A DNA stretch of 64,000 nucleotides from Eledone cirrhosa (GCA_964016885.1 OZ024743.1:129022001-129086000), one strand, 5' to 3'; shown: positions 28,301-43,960, numbered from the stretch's first letter. Translations and numbers: made by a program. The notes: generated from the letters alone by a model not told the origin.

Positions 28301-31300
28301 TCACCAAGCACCAAGTACAAACACCAAGCACCAAGCTCCAAGCACCAAACACCAAGCACCAAGCACCAAGCGCAAAACACCAAGCACCAAGCACCAAGCA
28401 TCAAACACCAACCACCAAACACCAAGCACCAAGGACCAAGCACCAAGCACCAAGCACCAAGCACCAAACACCAAGCACCAAGCACCAAGCACCAAGTACA
28501 AACACCAAGCACCAAGCACCAAACACCAAGCACCAAGCATCAAACACCAAACACCAAACACCAAGCACCAAGCACCAAGCATCAAACACCAAGCATATAA
28601 CACCAAACACCAAGCACCAAGCACCAAACACCAAGAACCAAGCACCAAGCACCAAGTACGAACACCAATCACCAAGCACCAAACACCAAACACCAAGCAC
28701 CAAACACCAAGCACCAATCACCAAGCACCAAACACCAAGCAGCCAGCAGCAAGCACCAAACACCAAACACCAAGCACCAAGCACCAAAAACCAGACACCA
28801 AGCACCAAGCACCAAACACCTAACACCAAGCACCAAGCACCAAGTACCAAGCACCAAACACCAAGCACCAAACACCAAACAGCAAGCACCAAACAGCAAA
28901 CACCAAGCACCAAGCACCAAACACCTAACACCAAGCACCAAGCACCAACCACCAAACACCAAGCACCAAGCACCAAGCACCAAGCACCAAACACCAAGCA
29001 CCAAACACCAAGCACCAAACACCAAGCACCAAACACCAAGCACCAAGCACCAAACACCAAGCACCAAGCACCAAGCATCAAACACCAAACACCAAGCACC
29101 AAACACCAAGCACCAATCACCATGCATCAAACACCAAGCAGCCAGCAGCAAGCACCAAACACCAAACACCAAGCACCAAGCACCAAAAACCAAACACCAA
29201 GCACCAAGCACCAAACGCCAAGCACCAAGCACCAAACACCAAGCACCAAGCACCAAGCACCAAACACCAAGCACCAAAGACCAAGCACCAAGCACCAAAC
29301 ACCAAGCACCCAGCACCAAACACCAAGCACCCAGCACCAAACACCAAGCACCAAACACCAACCACCCAGCACCAAGCACCAAACACCAAGCACCAAGCAC
29401 CAAACACCAAGCACCCAGCACCAAACACCAAGCACCCAGCACCAAACACCAAGCACCAAACACCAACCACCCAGCACCAAGCACCAAACACCAAGCACCA
29501 AGCACCAAACACAAAACACCAAGCACCAAGCACCAAGCACCAAACACCAAGCACCAAGCACCAAGCACCAAACACAAAACACCAAGCACCAAGCACCAAG
29601 CATCAAACACCAAGCAGCAACCACCAAACACCAAGCACCAAGCACCAAGCACCAAGCACCAAACACAATGCACCCAGCACCAAACACCAAGGACCAAGCA
29701 CCAAGCACCAAGCACCAAACACGAAACACGAAACACCAAGCACCAAGCACCAAACACCAAACTCCAAGCACCAAGCACCAAACACCAAACACCAAGCACC
29801 AGGCACCAAACACCAAGCACCAAGCACCAAACACCAAGCACCAAGCACCAAACACCAAACACCAAGCACCAAGCACCAAGCACCAAACACCAAACACCAA
29901 ACACCAAGCACCAAACACCAAACACCAAGCACCAGACACCAAGCACCAAACACCAAACACCAAACACCAAGCACCAAACACCAAACACCAAGCACCAGAC
30001 ACCAAGCACCAAACACCAAACACCAAACACCAAGCACCAAGCACCAAACACCAAGCACCAAAAACCAAACACCAAGCACCAGACACCAAGCACCAAACAC
30101 CAAACACCAAGCACCAAAGACCAAACACGAAACAGCAAACACCAAACACCATACAGCAAACACTAAACACCAAAAAGCAGACACCAAACAGCAAACACCA
30201 AACACGAAACACCAAACACCAAACAGCAAACACCAAACACCAAGCACCAAACACCAAGGACCAAGCACCAAACACCTAACACCAAGCACCAAGCACCAAG
30301 CACCAAGCACCAAACACCAAGCACCAAACACCAAACATCAAGCACCAAGCACCAAGTACCAAACACCAAGAACCAAGAACCAAACACCAAGCACCAAGCA
30401 CCAAGTACAAACACCAAGTACCAAGCACCAAGCACCAAACACCAAGAACCAAGCTCCAAACACAAAACACCAAGCACCAAGCACCAAGCATCAAACACCA
30501 AGCAGCAAACACCAATCACCAAACACCAAACACAAAACACAAAGCACCAAGCACCAAACACCAAATTCCAAGCACCAAACACCAAACACCAAGCACCAAG
30601 CACCAGGCACCAAACACCAAGCACCAAGCACCAAACACCAAGCACCAAGCACCAAACACCAAACGCCAAACACCAAACACCAAGAACCAAGAACCAAACA
30701 CCAATCACCAAGCACCAAGTACAAACACCAAGCACCAAGCTCCAAGCACCAAGCGCAAAACACCAAGCACCAAGCACCAAGCATCAAACACCAACCACCA
30801 AACACCAAGCACCAAGGACCAAGCACCAAGCACCAAGCACCAAGCACCAAACACCAAGCACCAAGCACCAAGCACCAAGTACAAACACCAAGCACCAAGC
30901 ACCAAACACCAAGCACCAAGCATCAAACACCAAACACCAAACACCAAGCACCAAGCACCAAGCATCAAACACCAAGCATATAACACCAAACACCAAGCAC
31001 CAAGCACCAAACACCAAGAACCAAGCACCAAGCACCAAGTACGAACACCAATCACCAAGCACCAAACACCAAACACCAAGCACCAAACACCAAGCACCAA
31101 TCACCAAGCACCAAACACCAAGCAGCCAGCAGCAAGCACCAAACACCAAACACCAAGCACCAAGCACCAAAAACCAGACACCAAGCACCAAGCACCAAAC
31201 ACCTAACACCAAGCACCAAGCACCAAGTACCAAGCACCAAACACCAGGCACCAAACACCAAATAGCAAGCACCAAACAGCAAACACCAAGCACCAAGCAC

Positions 31301-32100
31301 CAAACACCTAACACCAAGCACCAAGCACCAACCACCAAACACCAAGCACCAAGCACCAAGCACCAAGCACCAAACACCAAGCACCAAACACCAAGCACCA
31401 AACACCAAGCACCAAACACCAAGCACCAAGCACCAAACACCAAGCACCAAGCACCAAGCATCAAACACCAAACACCAAGCACCAAACACCAAGCACCAAT
31501 CACCATGCATCAAACACCAAGCAGCCAGCAGCAAGCACCAAACACCAAACACCAAGCACCAAGCACCAAAAACCAAACACCAAGCACCAAGCACCAAACG
31601 CCAAGCACCAAGCACCAAACACCAAGCACCAAGCACCAAGCACCAAACACCAAGCACCAAAGACCAAGCACCAAGCACCAAACACCAAGCACCCAGCACC
31701 AAACACCAAGCACCCAGCACCAAACACCAAGCACCAAACACCAACCACCCAGCACCAAGCACCAAACACCAAGCACCAAGCACCAAACACCAAGCACCCA
31801 GCACCAAACACCAAGCACCCAGCACCAAACACCAAGCACCAAACACCAACCACCCAGCACCAAGCACCAAACACCAAGCACCAAGCACCAAACACAAAAC
31901 ACCAAGCACCAAGCACCAAGCACCAAACACCAAGCACCAAGCACCAAGCACCAAACACAAAACACCAAGCACCAAGCACCAAGCATCAAACACCAAGCAG
32001 CAAACACCAAACACCAAGCACCAAGCACCAAGCACCAAGCACCAAACACAATGCACCCAGCACCAAACACCAAGGACCAAGCACCAAGCACCAAGCACCA
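22326..32100. repeat. ~9.7-10-kb super-repeat, copy 2
   Basis: Matches copy 1 at +9685 at the left edge (ORFs 12658/22343), +9741 in the core, and +9783 and +9965 further right (19339/29122, 21540/31505). The offsets differ by multiples of 7. The right boundary is fuzzy. Confidence 0.8.
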
Positions 32101-35100
32101 AAAACCAAACACGAAACACGAAACACCAAGCACCAAGCACCAAACACCAAACTCCAAGCACCAAGCACCAAACACCAAACACCAAGCACCAGGCACCAAA
32201 CACCAAGCACCAAGCACCAAACACCAAGCACCAAGCACCAAACACCAAACACCAAGCACCAAGCACCAAGCACCAAACACCAAACACGATACACCAAGCA
32301 CCAAACACCAAACACCAAGCACCAGACACCAAGCACCAAACACCAAACACCAAACACCAAGCACCAAACACCAAACACCAAGCACCAGACACCAAGCACC
32401 AAACACCAAACACCAAACACCAAGCACCAAGCACCAAACACCAAACACCAAACACCAAGCACCAAACACCAAACACCAAGCACCAAAAACCAAACACCAA
32501 GCACCAGACACCAAGCACCAAACACCAAACACCAAGCACCAAACACCAAACACCAAGCACCAAGCACCAAACACCAAGCACCAAAGACCAAACACCAAAC
32601 AGCAAACACCAAACACCAAGCACCAAACACCAAGGACCAAGCACCAAACACCTAACAGCAAGCACCAAGCACCAAGCACCAAACACCAAGCACCAAACAC
32701 CAAACATCAAGCACCAAGCACCAAGTACCAAACACCAAGAACCAAGAACCAAACACCAAGCACCAAGCACCAAGTACAAACACCAAGTACCAAGCACCAA
32801 GCACCAAACACCAAGAACCAAGCACCAAACACAAAACACCAAGCACCAAGCACCAAGCATCAAACACCAAGCAGCAAACACCAAACACCAAGCACCAAGC
32901 ACCAAACACAAAGCACCCAGCACCAAACACCAAGGACCAAGCACCAAGCACCAAAAACCAAACACCAAACACAAAACACAAAGCAACAAGCACCAAACAC
33001 CAAACTCCAAGCACCAAGCACCAAACACCAAACACCAAGCACCAAGCACCAGGCACCAAACACCAAGCACCAAGCACCAAACACCAAGCACCAAGCACCA
33101 AACACCAAACGACAAACACCAAACACCAAGAACCAAGAACCAAACACCAATCACCAAGCACCAAGTACAAACACCAAGCACCAAGCTCCAAGCACCAAAC
33201 GCCAAGCACCAAGCACCAAGCGCAAAACACCAGGCACCAAGCACCAAGCATCAAACACCAAGCAGCAAACACCAAACACCAAGCACCAAGCACCAAGCAC
33301 CAAGCACCAAACACAATGCACCCAGCACCAAACACCAAGGACCAAGCACCAAGCACCAAGCACCAAAAACCAAACACGAAACACGAAACACCAAGCACCA
33401 AGCACCAAACACCAAACTCCAAGCACCAAGGACCAAACACCAACCACCAAACACCAAGCACCAAGGACCAAGCACCAAGCACCAAGCACCAAGCACCAAA
33501 CACCAAGCACCAAGCACCAAGCACCAAGTACAAACACCAAGCACCAAGCACCAAACACCAAGCACCAAGCATCAAACACCAAACACCAAACACCAAGCAC
33601 CAAGCACCAAAAACCAGACACCAAGCACCAAGCACCAAACACCTAACACCAAGCACCAAGCACCAAGTACCAAGCACCAAACACCAAGCACCAAACACCA
33701 AACACCAAGCACCAAACAGCAAACACCAAGCACCAAGCACCAAACACCAAGAACCAAGCACCAAGCACCAAGTACGAACACCAATCACCAAGCACCAAAC
33801 ACCAAACACCAAGCACCAAACACCAAGCACCAATCACCAAGCACCAAACACCAAGCAGCCAGCAGCAAGCACCAAACACCAAACACCACGCACCAAGCAC
33901 CAAAAACCAGACACCAAGCACCAAGCACCAAACACCTAACACCAAGCACCAAGCACCAAGTACCAAGCACCAAACACCAAGCACCAAACACCAAACACCA
34001 AGCACCAAACAGCAAACACCAAGCACCAAGCACCAAACACCTAACACCAAGCACCAAGCACCAACCACCAAACACCAAGCACCAAGCACCAAGCACCAAG
34101 AACCAAACACCAAGCACCAAACACCAAGCACCAAACACCAAGCACCAAACACCAAGCACCAAGCACCAAACACCAAGCACCAAGCACCAAGCATCAAACA
34201 CCAAACACCAAGCACCAAACACCAAGCACCAATCACCATGCATCAAACACCAAGCAGCCAGCAGCAAGCACCAAACACCAAACACCAAGCACCAAGCACC
34301 AAAAACCAAACACCAAGCACCAAGCACCAAACGCCAAGCACCAAGCACCAAACACCAAGCACCAAGCACCAAGCACCAAACACCAAGCACCAAAGACCAA
34401 GCACCAAGCACCAAACACCAAGCACCCAGCACCAAACACCAAGCACCCAGCACCAAACACCAAGCACCAAACACCAACCACCCAGCACCAAGCACCAAAC
34501 ACCAAGCACCAAGCACCAAACACCAAGCACCCAGCACCAAACACCAAGCACCCAGCACCAAACACCAAGCACCAAACACCAACCACCCAGCACCAAGCAC
34601 CAAACACCAAGCACCAAGCACCAAACACAAAACACCAAGCACCAAGCACCAAGCACCAAACACCAAGCACCAAGCACCAAGCACCAAACACAAAACACCA
34701 AGCACCAAGCACCAAGCATCAAACACCAAGCAGCAAACACCAAACACCAAGCACCAAGCACCAAGCACCAAGCACCAAACACAATGCACCCAGCACCAAA
34801 CACCAAGGACCAAGCACCAAGCACCAAGCACCAAAAACCAAACACGAAACACGAAACACCAAGCACCAAGCACCAAACACCAAACTCCAAGCACCAAGCA
34901 CCAAACACCAAACACCAAGCACCAGGCACCAAACACCAAGCACCAAGCACCAAACACCAAGCACCAAGCACCAAACACCAAACACCAAGCACCAAGCACC
35001 AAGCACCAAACACCAAACACCAAAATCAAGCACCAAACACCAAACACCAAGCACCAGACACCAAGCACCAAACACCAAACACCAAACACCAAGCACCAAA

Positions 35101-36200
35101 CACCAAACACCAAGCACCAGACACCAAGCACCAAACACGAAACACCAAACACCAAGCACCAAGCACCAAACACCAAACACCAAACACCAAGCACCAAACA
35201 CCAAACACCAAGCACCAAAAACCAAACACCAAGCACCAGACACCAAGCACCAAACACCAAACACCAAGCACCAAACACCAAACACCAAGCACCAAGCACC
35301 AAACACCAAGCACCAAAGACCAAACACCAAACAGCAAACACCAAACACCAAGCACCAAACACCAAGGACCAAGCACCAAACACCTAACACCAAGCACCAA
35401 GCACCAAGCACCAAACACCAAGCACCAAACACCAAACATCAAGCACCAAGCACCAAGTACCAAACACCAAGAACCAAGAACCAAACACCAAGCACCAAGC
35501 ACCAAGTACAAACACCAAGTACCAAGCACCAAGCACCAAACACCAAGAACCAAGCACCAAACACAAAACACCAAGCACCAAGCACCAAGCATCAAACACC
35601 AAGCAGCAAACACCAAACACCAAGCACCAAGCACCAAACACAAAGCACCCAGCACCAAACACCAAGGACCAAGCACCAAGCACCAAAAACCAAACACCAA
35701 ACACAAAACACAAAGCACCAAGCACCAAACACCAAACTCCAAGCACCAAGCACCAAACACCAAACACCAAGCACCAAGCACCAGGCACCAAACACCAAGC
35801 ACCAAGCACCAAACACCAAGCACCAAGCACCAAACACCAAACGACAAACACCAAACACCAAGAACCAAGAACCAAACACCAATCACCAAGCACCAAGTAC
35901 AAACACCAAGCACCAAGCTCCAAGCACCAAACACCAAGCACCAAGCACCAAGCGCAAAACCCCAGGCACCAAGCACCAAGCATCAAACACCAAGCAGCAA
36001 ACACCAAACACCAAGCACCAAGCACCAAGCACCAAGCACCAAACACAATGCACCCAGCACCAAACACCAAGGACCAAGCACCAAGCACCAAGCACCAAAA
36101 ACCAAACACGAAACACGAAACACCAAGCACCAAGCACCAAACACCAAACTCCAAGCACCAAACACCAAACACCAAACACCAAGCACCATGCACCAAGCAC
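26000..36200. repeat. Tandem ~2.4-2.7-kb higher-order repeats (second cluster, ~4 copies)
   Basis: ATGCAT marker at 26725, 29122, 31505 and 34238, spacings 2397, 2383 and 2733. Identical 160-aa ORFs occur at 26720, 29117, 31500 and 34233. Confidence 0.9.
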
Positions 36201-39200
36201 CAGGCACCAAACACCAAGCACCAAGCACCAAACACCAAGCACCAAGCACCAAACACCAAACACCAAACACCAAACAGCAAACAACATACATCAAACACCA
36301 AACACCAAAAAGCAAACACCAAACACCAAACAGCAAACACCAAACAACAAACACCAAACAGCAAACAGCAAACACCAAACACCAAGAACCAAGCACCAAA
36401 CACCAAACACCAAACACCAAGCACCAGGCACCAAACACCAAGCACCAAGCACCAAACACCAAGCACCTAGCACCAAACACCAAGCACCAAACACCAAGTA
36501 CAAACACCAAGCACCAAACACCAAACACCAAGCACCAAACACCAAGCACCAATCACCAAGCACCAAACACCAAGCAGCCAGCAACAAGCACCAAACACCA
36601 AGCACCAAGCACCAAAAACCAGACACCAAGCACCAAGCAACAAACACCTAACACCAAGCACCAAGCACCAACCACCAAACACCAAGCACCAAGCACCAAA
36701 CACCAAGCACCAAACACCAAGCACCAAGCACCAAACACCAAGCACCAAGCACCAAACACCAAGCACCAATCACCAAGCATCAAACACCAAGCACCAAACA
36801 CCAAACACCAAGCACCAAGCACCAAGCATCAAACACCAAGCATATAACACCAAACACCAAGCACCAAGCACCCAGCCCCAAACACCAAGCACCAAGCACC
36901 AAACAAAAAGCACCAAACACCAAGCACCAAACACCAAACACCAAGCACCAAACACCAAACACCAAGCACCAAGCACCAAACACCTAACACCAAGCACCAA
37001 ACACCAAGCACCAAACACCAACCACCAAACACCAACCACCAAGCACCAAGCACCAAGCACCAAACACCAAGCACCAAACACCAAGCACCAAACACCTAAC
37101 ACCAAGCACCAAGCACCAAGTACCAAGCACCAAACACCAAGCACCAAACACCAAACACCAAACACCAAACACCAAGCACCAAACACCTAACACCAAGCAC
37201 CAAGCACCAACCACCAAACACCAAGCACCAAGGACCAAGCACCAAGCACCAAGCACCAAGAACCAAACACCAAGCACCAAGCACCAAGCACCAAGTACAA
37301 ACACCAAGCACCAAGCACCAAACACCAAGCACCAAGCATCAAACACCAAACACCAAACACCAAGCACCAAGCACCAAGCATCAAACACCAAGCATATAAC
37401 ACCAAACACCAAGCACCAAGCACCAAACACGAAGAACCAAGCACCAAGCACCAAGTACGAACACCAATCACCAAGCACCAAACACCAAACACCAAGCACC
37501 AAACACCAAGCACCAATCACCAAGCACCAAACACCAAGCAGCCAGCAGCAAGCACCAAACACCAAACACCAAGCACCAAGCACCAAAAACCAGACACCAA
37601 GCACCAAGCACCAAACACCAAGCACCAAACACCAACCACCCAGCACCAAGCACCAAACACCAAGCACCAAGCACCAAACACCAAGCACCTAGCACCAAAC
37701 ACCAAGCACCAAACACCAAGTACAAACACCAAGCACCAGACACCAAACACCAAGCACCAAACACCAAGCACCAATCACCAAGCACCAAACACCAAGCAGC
37801 CAGCAACAAGCACCAAACACCAAGCACCAAGCACCAAAAACCAGACACCAAGCACCAAGCACCAAACACCTAACACCAAGCACCAAGCACCAACCACCAA
37901 ACACCAAGCACCAAGCACCAAACACCAAGCACCAAACACCAAGCACCAAGCACCAAACACCAAGCACCAAGCACCAAACACCAAGCACCAAGAACCAAGC
38001 ATCAAACACCAAGCACCAAACACCAAACACCAAGCACCAAGCACCAAGCATCAAACACCAAGCATATAACACCAAACACCAAGCACCAAGCACCCAGCAC
38101 CAAACACCAAGCACCAAGCAAAAAGCACCAAACACCAAGCACCAAACACCAAACACCAAGCACCAAACACCAAACACCAAGCACCAAGCACCAAACACCT
38201 AACACCAAGCACCAAACACCAAGCACCAAACACCAACCACCAAACACCAAGCACCAAGCACCAAGCACCAAGCACCAAACACCAAGCACCAAACACCAAG
38301 CACCAAACACCTAACACCAAACACCAAACACCAAGCACCAAGCACCAAACACCAAGCACCAAGGACCAAGCACCAAGCACCAAGCACCAAGCACCAAACA
38401 CCAAGCACCAAGCACCAAACACCAAACACCAAACACCAAGCACCAAGCACCAAACACCTAACACCAAGCACCAAACACCAACCACCAAACACCAAGCACC
38501 AAGGACCAAGCACCAAGCACCAAGCACCAAGCACCAAGCACCAAACACCAAGCACCAAGCACCAAGCACCAAGTACAAACACCAAGCACCAAGCACCAAA
38601 CACCAAGCACCAAGCATCAAACACCAAACACCAAACACCAAGCACCAAGCACCAAGCATCAAACACCAAGCATATAACACCAAACACCAAGCACCAAGCA
38701 CCAAACACCAAGAACCAAGCACCAAGCACCAAGTACGAACACCAATCACCAAGCACCAAACACCAAACACCAAGCACCAAACACCAAGCACCAATCACCA
38801 AGCACCAAACACCAAGCAGCCAGCAGCAAGCACCAAACACCAAACACCAAGCACCAAGCACCAAAAACCAGACACCAAGCACCAAGCACCAAACACCAAG
38901 CACCAAACACCAACCACCCAGCACCAAGTACCAAACACCAAGCACCAAGCACCAAACACCAAGCACCCAGCACCAAACACCAAGCACCCAGCACCAAACA
39001 CCAAGCACCAAACACCAACTACCCAGCACCAAGCACCAAACACCAAGCACCAAGCACCAAACACAAAACACCAAGCACCAAGCACCAAGCACCAAACACC
39101 AAGCACCAAGCACCAAGCACCAAACACAAAACACCAGGCACCAAGCACCAAGCATCAAACACCAAGCAGCAAACACCAAACACCAAGCACCAAGCACCAA

Positions 39201-42149
39201 GCACCAAGCACCAAACACAATGCACCCAGCACCAAACACCAAGGACCAAGCCCCAAGCACCAAGCACCAAAAACCAAACACCAAACTCCAAGCACCAAGC
39301 ACCAAACACCAAACACCAAGCACCAGGCACCAAACACCAAGCACCAAGCACCAAACACCAAGCACCAAGCACCAAACACCAAACACCAAGCACCAAGCAC
39401 CAAGCACCAAACACCAAACACCAAACACCAAGCACCAAACACCAAACACCAAGCACCAGACACCAAGCACCAAACACCAAACACCAAACACCAAGCACCA
39501 AACACCAAACACCAAGCACCAGACACCAAGCACCAAACACCAAACACCAAACACCAAGCACCAAGCACCAAACACCAAGCACCAAAAACCAAACACCAAG
39601 CACCAGACACCAAGCACCAAACACCAAACACCAAGCACCAAACACCAAACACCAAGCACCAAGCACCAAACACCAAGCACCAAAGACCAAACACCAAACA
39701 GCAAACACCAAACACCATACAGCAAACACTAAACACCAAAAAGCAGACACCAAACAGCAAACACCAAACACGAAACACCAAACACCAAACAGCAAACACC
39801 AAACACCAAGCACCAAACACCAAGGACCAAGCACCAAACACCTAACACCAAGCACCAAGCACCAAGCACCAAACACCAAGCACCAAACACCAAACATCAA
39901 GCACCAAGCACCAAGTACCAAACACCAAGAACCAAGAACCAAACACCAAGCACCAAGCACCAAGTACAAACACCAAGTACCAAGCACCAAGCACCAAACA
40001 CCAAGAACCAAGCACCAAACACAAAACACCAAGCACCAAGCACCAAGCATCAAACACCAAGCATCAAACACCAAACACCAAGCACCAAGCACCAAACACA
40101 AAGCACATAGCACCAAACACCAAGGACCAAGCACCAAGCACCAAAAACCAAACACCAAACACAAAACACAAAGCACCAAGCACCAAACACCAAACTCCAA
40201 GCACCAAACACCAAACACCAAGCACCAAGCACCAGGCACCAAACACTAAGCACCAAGCACCAAACACCAAGCACCAAGCACCAAACACCAAACGCCAAAC
40301 ACCAAACACCAAGAACCAAGAACCAAACACCAATCACCAAGCACCAAGTACAAACACCAAGCACCAAGCTCCAAGCACCAAACACCAAGCACGAAGCACC
40401 AAGCGCAAAACACCAAGCACCAAGCACCAAGCATCAAACACCAAGCAGCAAACACCAAACACCAAGCACCAAGCACCAAGCACCAAGCACCAAACACAAT
40501 GCACCCAGCACCAAACACCAAGGACCAAGCACCAAGCACCAAGCACCAAAAACCAAACACGAAACACGAAACACCAAGCACCAAGCACCAAACACCAAAC
40601 TCCAAGCACCAAGGACCAAACACCAAACGCCAAGCACCATGCACCAAGCACCAGGCACCAAACACCAAGCACCAAGCACCAAACACCAAGCACCAAGCAC
40701 CAAACACCAAACACCAAACACCAAACAGCAAACAACATACATCAAACACCAAACACCAAACACCAAACAGCAAACACCAAACAACAAACACCAAACAACA
40801 AACACCAAACAACAAACAGCAAACACCAAACACCAAGCACCAAGCACCAAACACCAAACACCAAACACCAAGCACCAGGCACCAAACACCAAGCACCAAG
40901 CACCAAACACCAAGCACCTAGCACCAAACACCAAGCACCAAACACCAAGTACAAACACCAAGCACCAAACACCAAACACCAAGCACCAAACACCAAGCAC
41001 CAATCACCAAGCACCAAACACCAAGCAGCCAGCAACAAGCACCAAACACCAAGCACCAAGCACCAAAAACCAGACACCAAGCACCAAGCACCAAACACCT
41101 AACACCAAGCACCAAGCACCAACCACCAAACACCAAGCACCAAGCACCAAACACCAAGCACCAAACACCAAGCACCAAGCACCAAACACCAAGCACCAAG
41201 CACCAAACACCAAGCACCAAGCACCAAGCATCAAACACCAAGCACCAAACACCAAACACCAAGCACCAAGCACCAAGCATCAAACACCAAGCATATAACA
41301 CCAAACACCAAGCACCAAGCACCCAGCACCAAACACCAAACACCAAGCACCAAGCAAAAAGCACCAAACACCAAGCACCAAACACCAAACACCAAGCACC
41401 AAACACCAAACACCAAGCACCAAGCACCAAACACCTAACACCAAGCACCAAACACCAAGCACCAAACACCAACCACCAAACACCAAGCACCAAGCACCAA
41501 GCACCAAGCACCAAACACCAAGCACCAAACACCAAGCACCAAACACCAAGCACCAAGCACCAAACACCAAGCACCAAACACCAAACACCAAACACCAAAC
41601 ACCAAACACCAAGCACCAAGCACCAAACACCTAACACCAAGCACCAAACACCAACCACCAAACACCAACCACCAAGGACCAAGCACCAAGCACCAAGCAC
41701 CAAGCACCAAACACCAAACACCAAGCACCAAACACCAAGCACCAATCACCAAGCACCAAACACCAAGCAGCCAGCAGCAAGCACCAAACACCAAACACCA
41801 AGCACCAAGCACCAAAAACCAGACACCAAGCACCAAGCACCAAACACCTAACACCAAGCACCCAGCACCAAGTACCAAGCACCAAACACCAAGCACCAAA
41901 CACCAAACACCAAGCACCAAACAGCAAACACCAAGCACCAAGCACCAAACACCTAACACCAAGCACCAAGCACCAACCACCAAACACCAAGCACCAAGCA
42001 CCAAGCACCAAGCACCAAACACCAAGCACCAAACACCAAGCACCAAACACCAAGCACCAAGCACCAAACACCAAGCACCAAGCACCAAACACCAAGCACC
42101 AAGCACCAAGCATCAAACACCAAACACCAAGCACCAAACACCAAGCACC

Positions 42150-43960
42150 AATCACCATGCATCAAACACCAAGCAGTCAGCAGCAAGCACCAAACACCAA
42201 ACACCAAGCACCAAGCACCAAAAACCAAACACCAAGCACCAAGCACCAAACGCCAAGCACCAAGAACGAAACACCAAGCACCAAGCACCAAGCACCAAAC
42301 ACCAAGCACCAAAGACCAAGCACCAAGCACCAAACACCAAGCACCCAGCACCAAACACCAAGCACCCAGCACCAAACACCAAGCACCAAACACCAACCAC
42401 CCAGCACCAAGCACCAAACACCAAGCACCAAGCACCAAACACCAAGCACCCAGCACCAAACACCAAGCACCCAGCACCAAACACCAAGCACCAAACACCA
42501 ACCACCCAGCACCAAGCACCAAACACCAAGCACCAAGCACCAAATACAAAACACCAAGCACCAAGCACCAAGCACCAAACACCAAGCACCAAGCACCAAG
42601 CATCAAACACCAAGCAGTAAACACCAAACACCAAGCACCAAGCACCAAGCACCAAGCACCAAACACAATGCACCCAGCACCAAACACCAAGGACCAAGCA
42701 CCAAGCACCAAGCACCAAAAACCAAACACGAAACACGAAACACCAAGCACCAAACACCAAACTCCAAGCACCAAGCACCAAACACCAAACACCAAGCACC
42801 AGGCACCAAACACCAAGCACCAAGCACCAAACACCAAGCACCAAGCACCAAACACCAAGCACCAAACACCAAACAGCAAACAACATACATCAAACACCAA
42901 ACACCAAAAAGCAAACACCAAACACCAAACAGCAAACACCAAACAACAAACACCAAACAACAAACACCAAACAGCAAACAGCAAACACCAAACACCAAGC
43001 ACCAAGCACCAAACACCAAACACCAAACACCAAGCACCAGGCACCAAACACCAAGCACCAAGCACCAAACACCAAGCACCTAGCACCAAACACCAAGCAC
43101 CAAACACCAAGTACAAACACCAAGCACCAAACACCAAACACCAAGCACCAAACACCAAGCACCAATCACCAAGCACCAAACACCAAGCAGCCAGCAACAA
43201 GCACCAAACACCAAGCACCAAGCACCAAAAACCAGACACCAAGCACCAAGCTCCAAACACCTAACACCAAGCACCAAGCACCAACCACCAAACACCAAGC
43301 ACCAAGCACCAAGCACCAAGCACCAAACACCAAGCACCAAACACCAAGCACCAAACACCAAGCACCAAGCACCAAACACCAAGCACCAAGCACCAAACAC
43401 CAAGCACCAAGCACCAAGCATCAAACACCAAGCACCAAACACCAAACACCAAGCACCAAGCACCAAGCATCAAACACCAAGCATATAACACCAAACACCA
43501 AGCACCAAGCACCCAGCACCAAACACCAAGCACCAAGCACCAAGCAAAAAGCACCAAACACCAAGCACCAAACACCAAACACCAAGCACCAAACACCAAA
43601 CACCAAGCACCAAGCACCAAACACCTAACACCAAGCACCAAACACCAAGCACCAAACACCAACCACCAAACACCAAGCACCAAGCACCAAGCACCAAGCA
43701 CCAAACACCAAGCACCAAACACCAAGCACCAAACACCTAACACCAAGCACCAAGCACCAAGTACCAAGCACCAAATACCAAGCACCAAACACCAAATACC
43801 AAGCACCAAACACCAAACACCAAGCACCAAGCACCAAACACCTAACACCAAGCAGCAAACACCAAACACCAAGCACCAAACACCAAGCACCAAGCACCAA
43901 GCATCAAACACCAAGCACCAAACACCAAACACCAAGCACCAAGCACCAAGCATCAAACAC
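42150..43960. repeat. ~1.8-kb block duplicated at +5676 (partner ~47826-49640)
   Basis: ORF pairs 42152/47828, 42668/48344, 43080/48756 and 43625/49301. The private marker AACGAAA occurs at ~42265/~47941. Confidence 0.88.
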
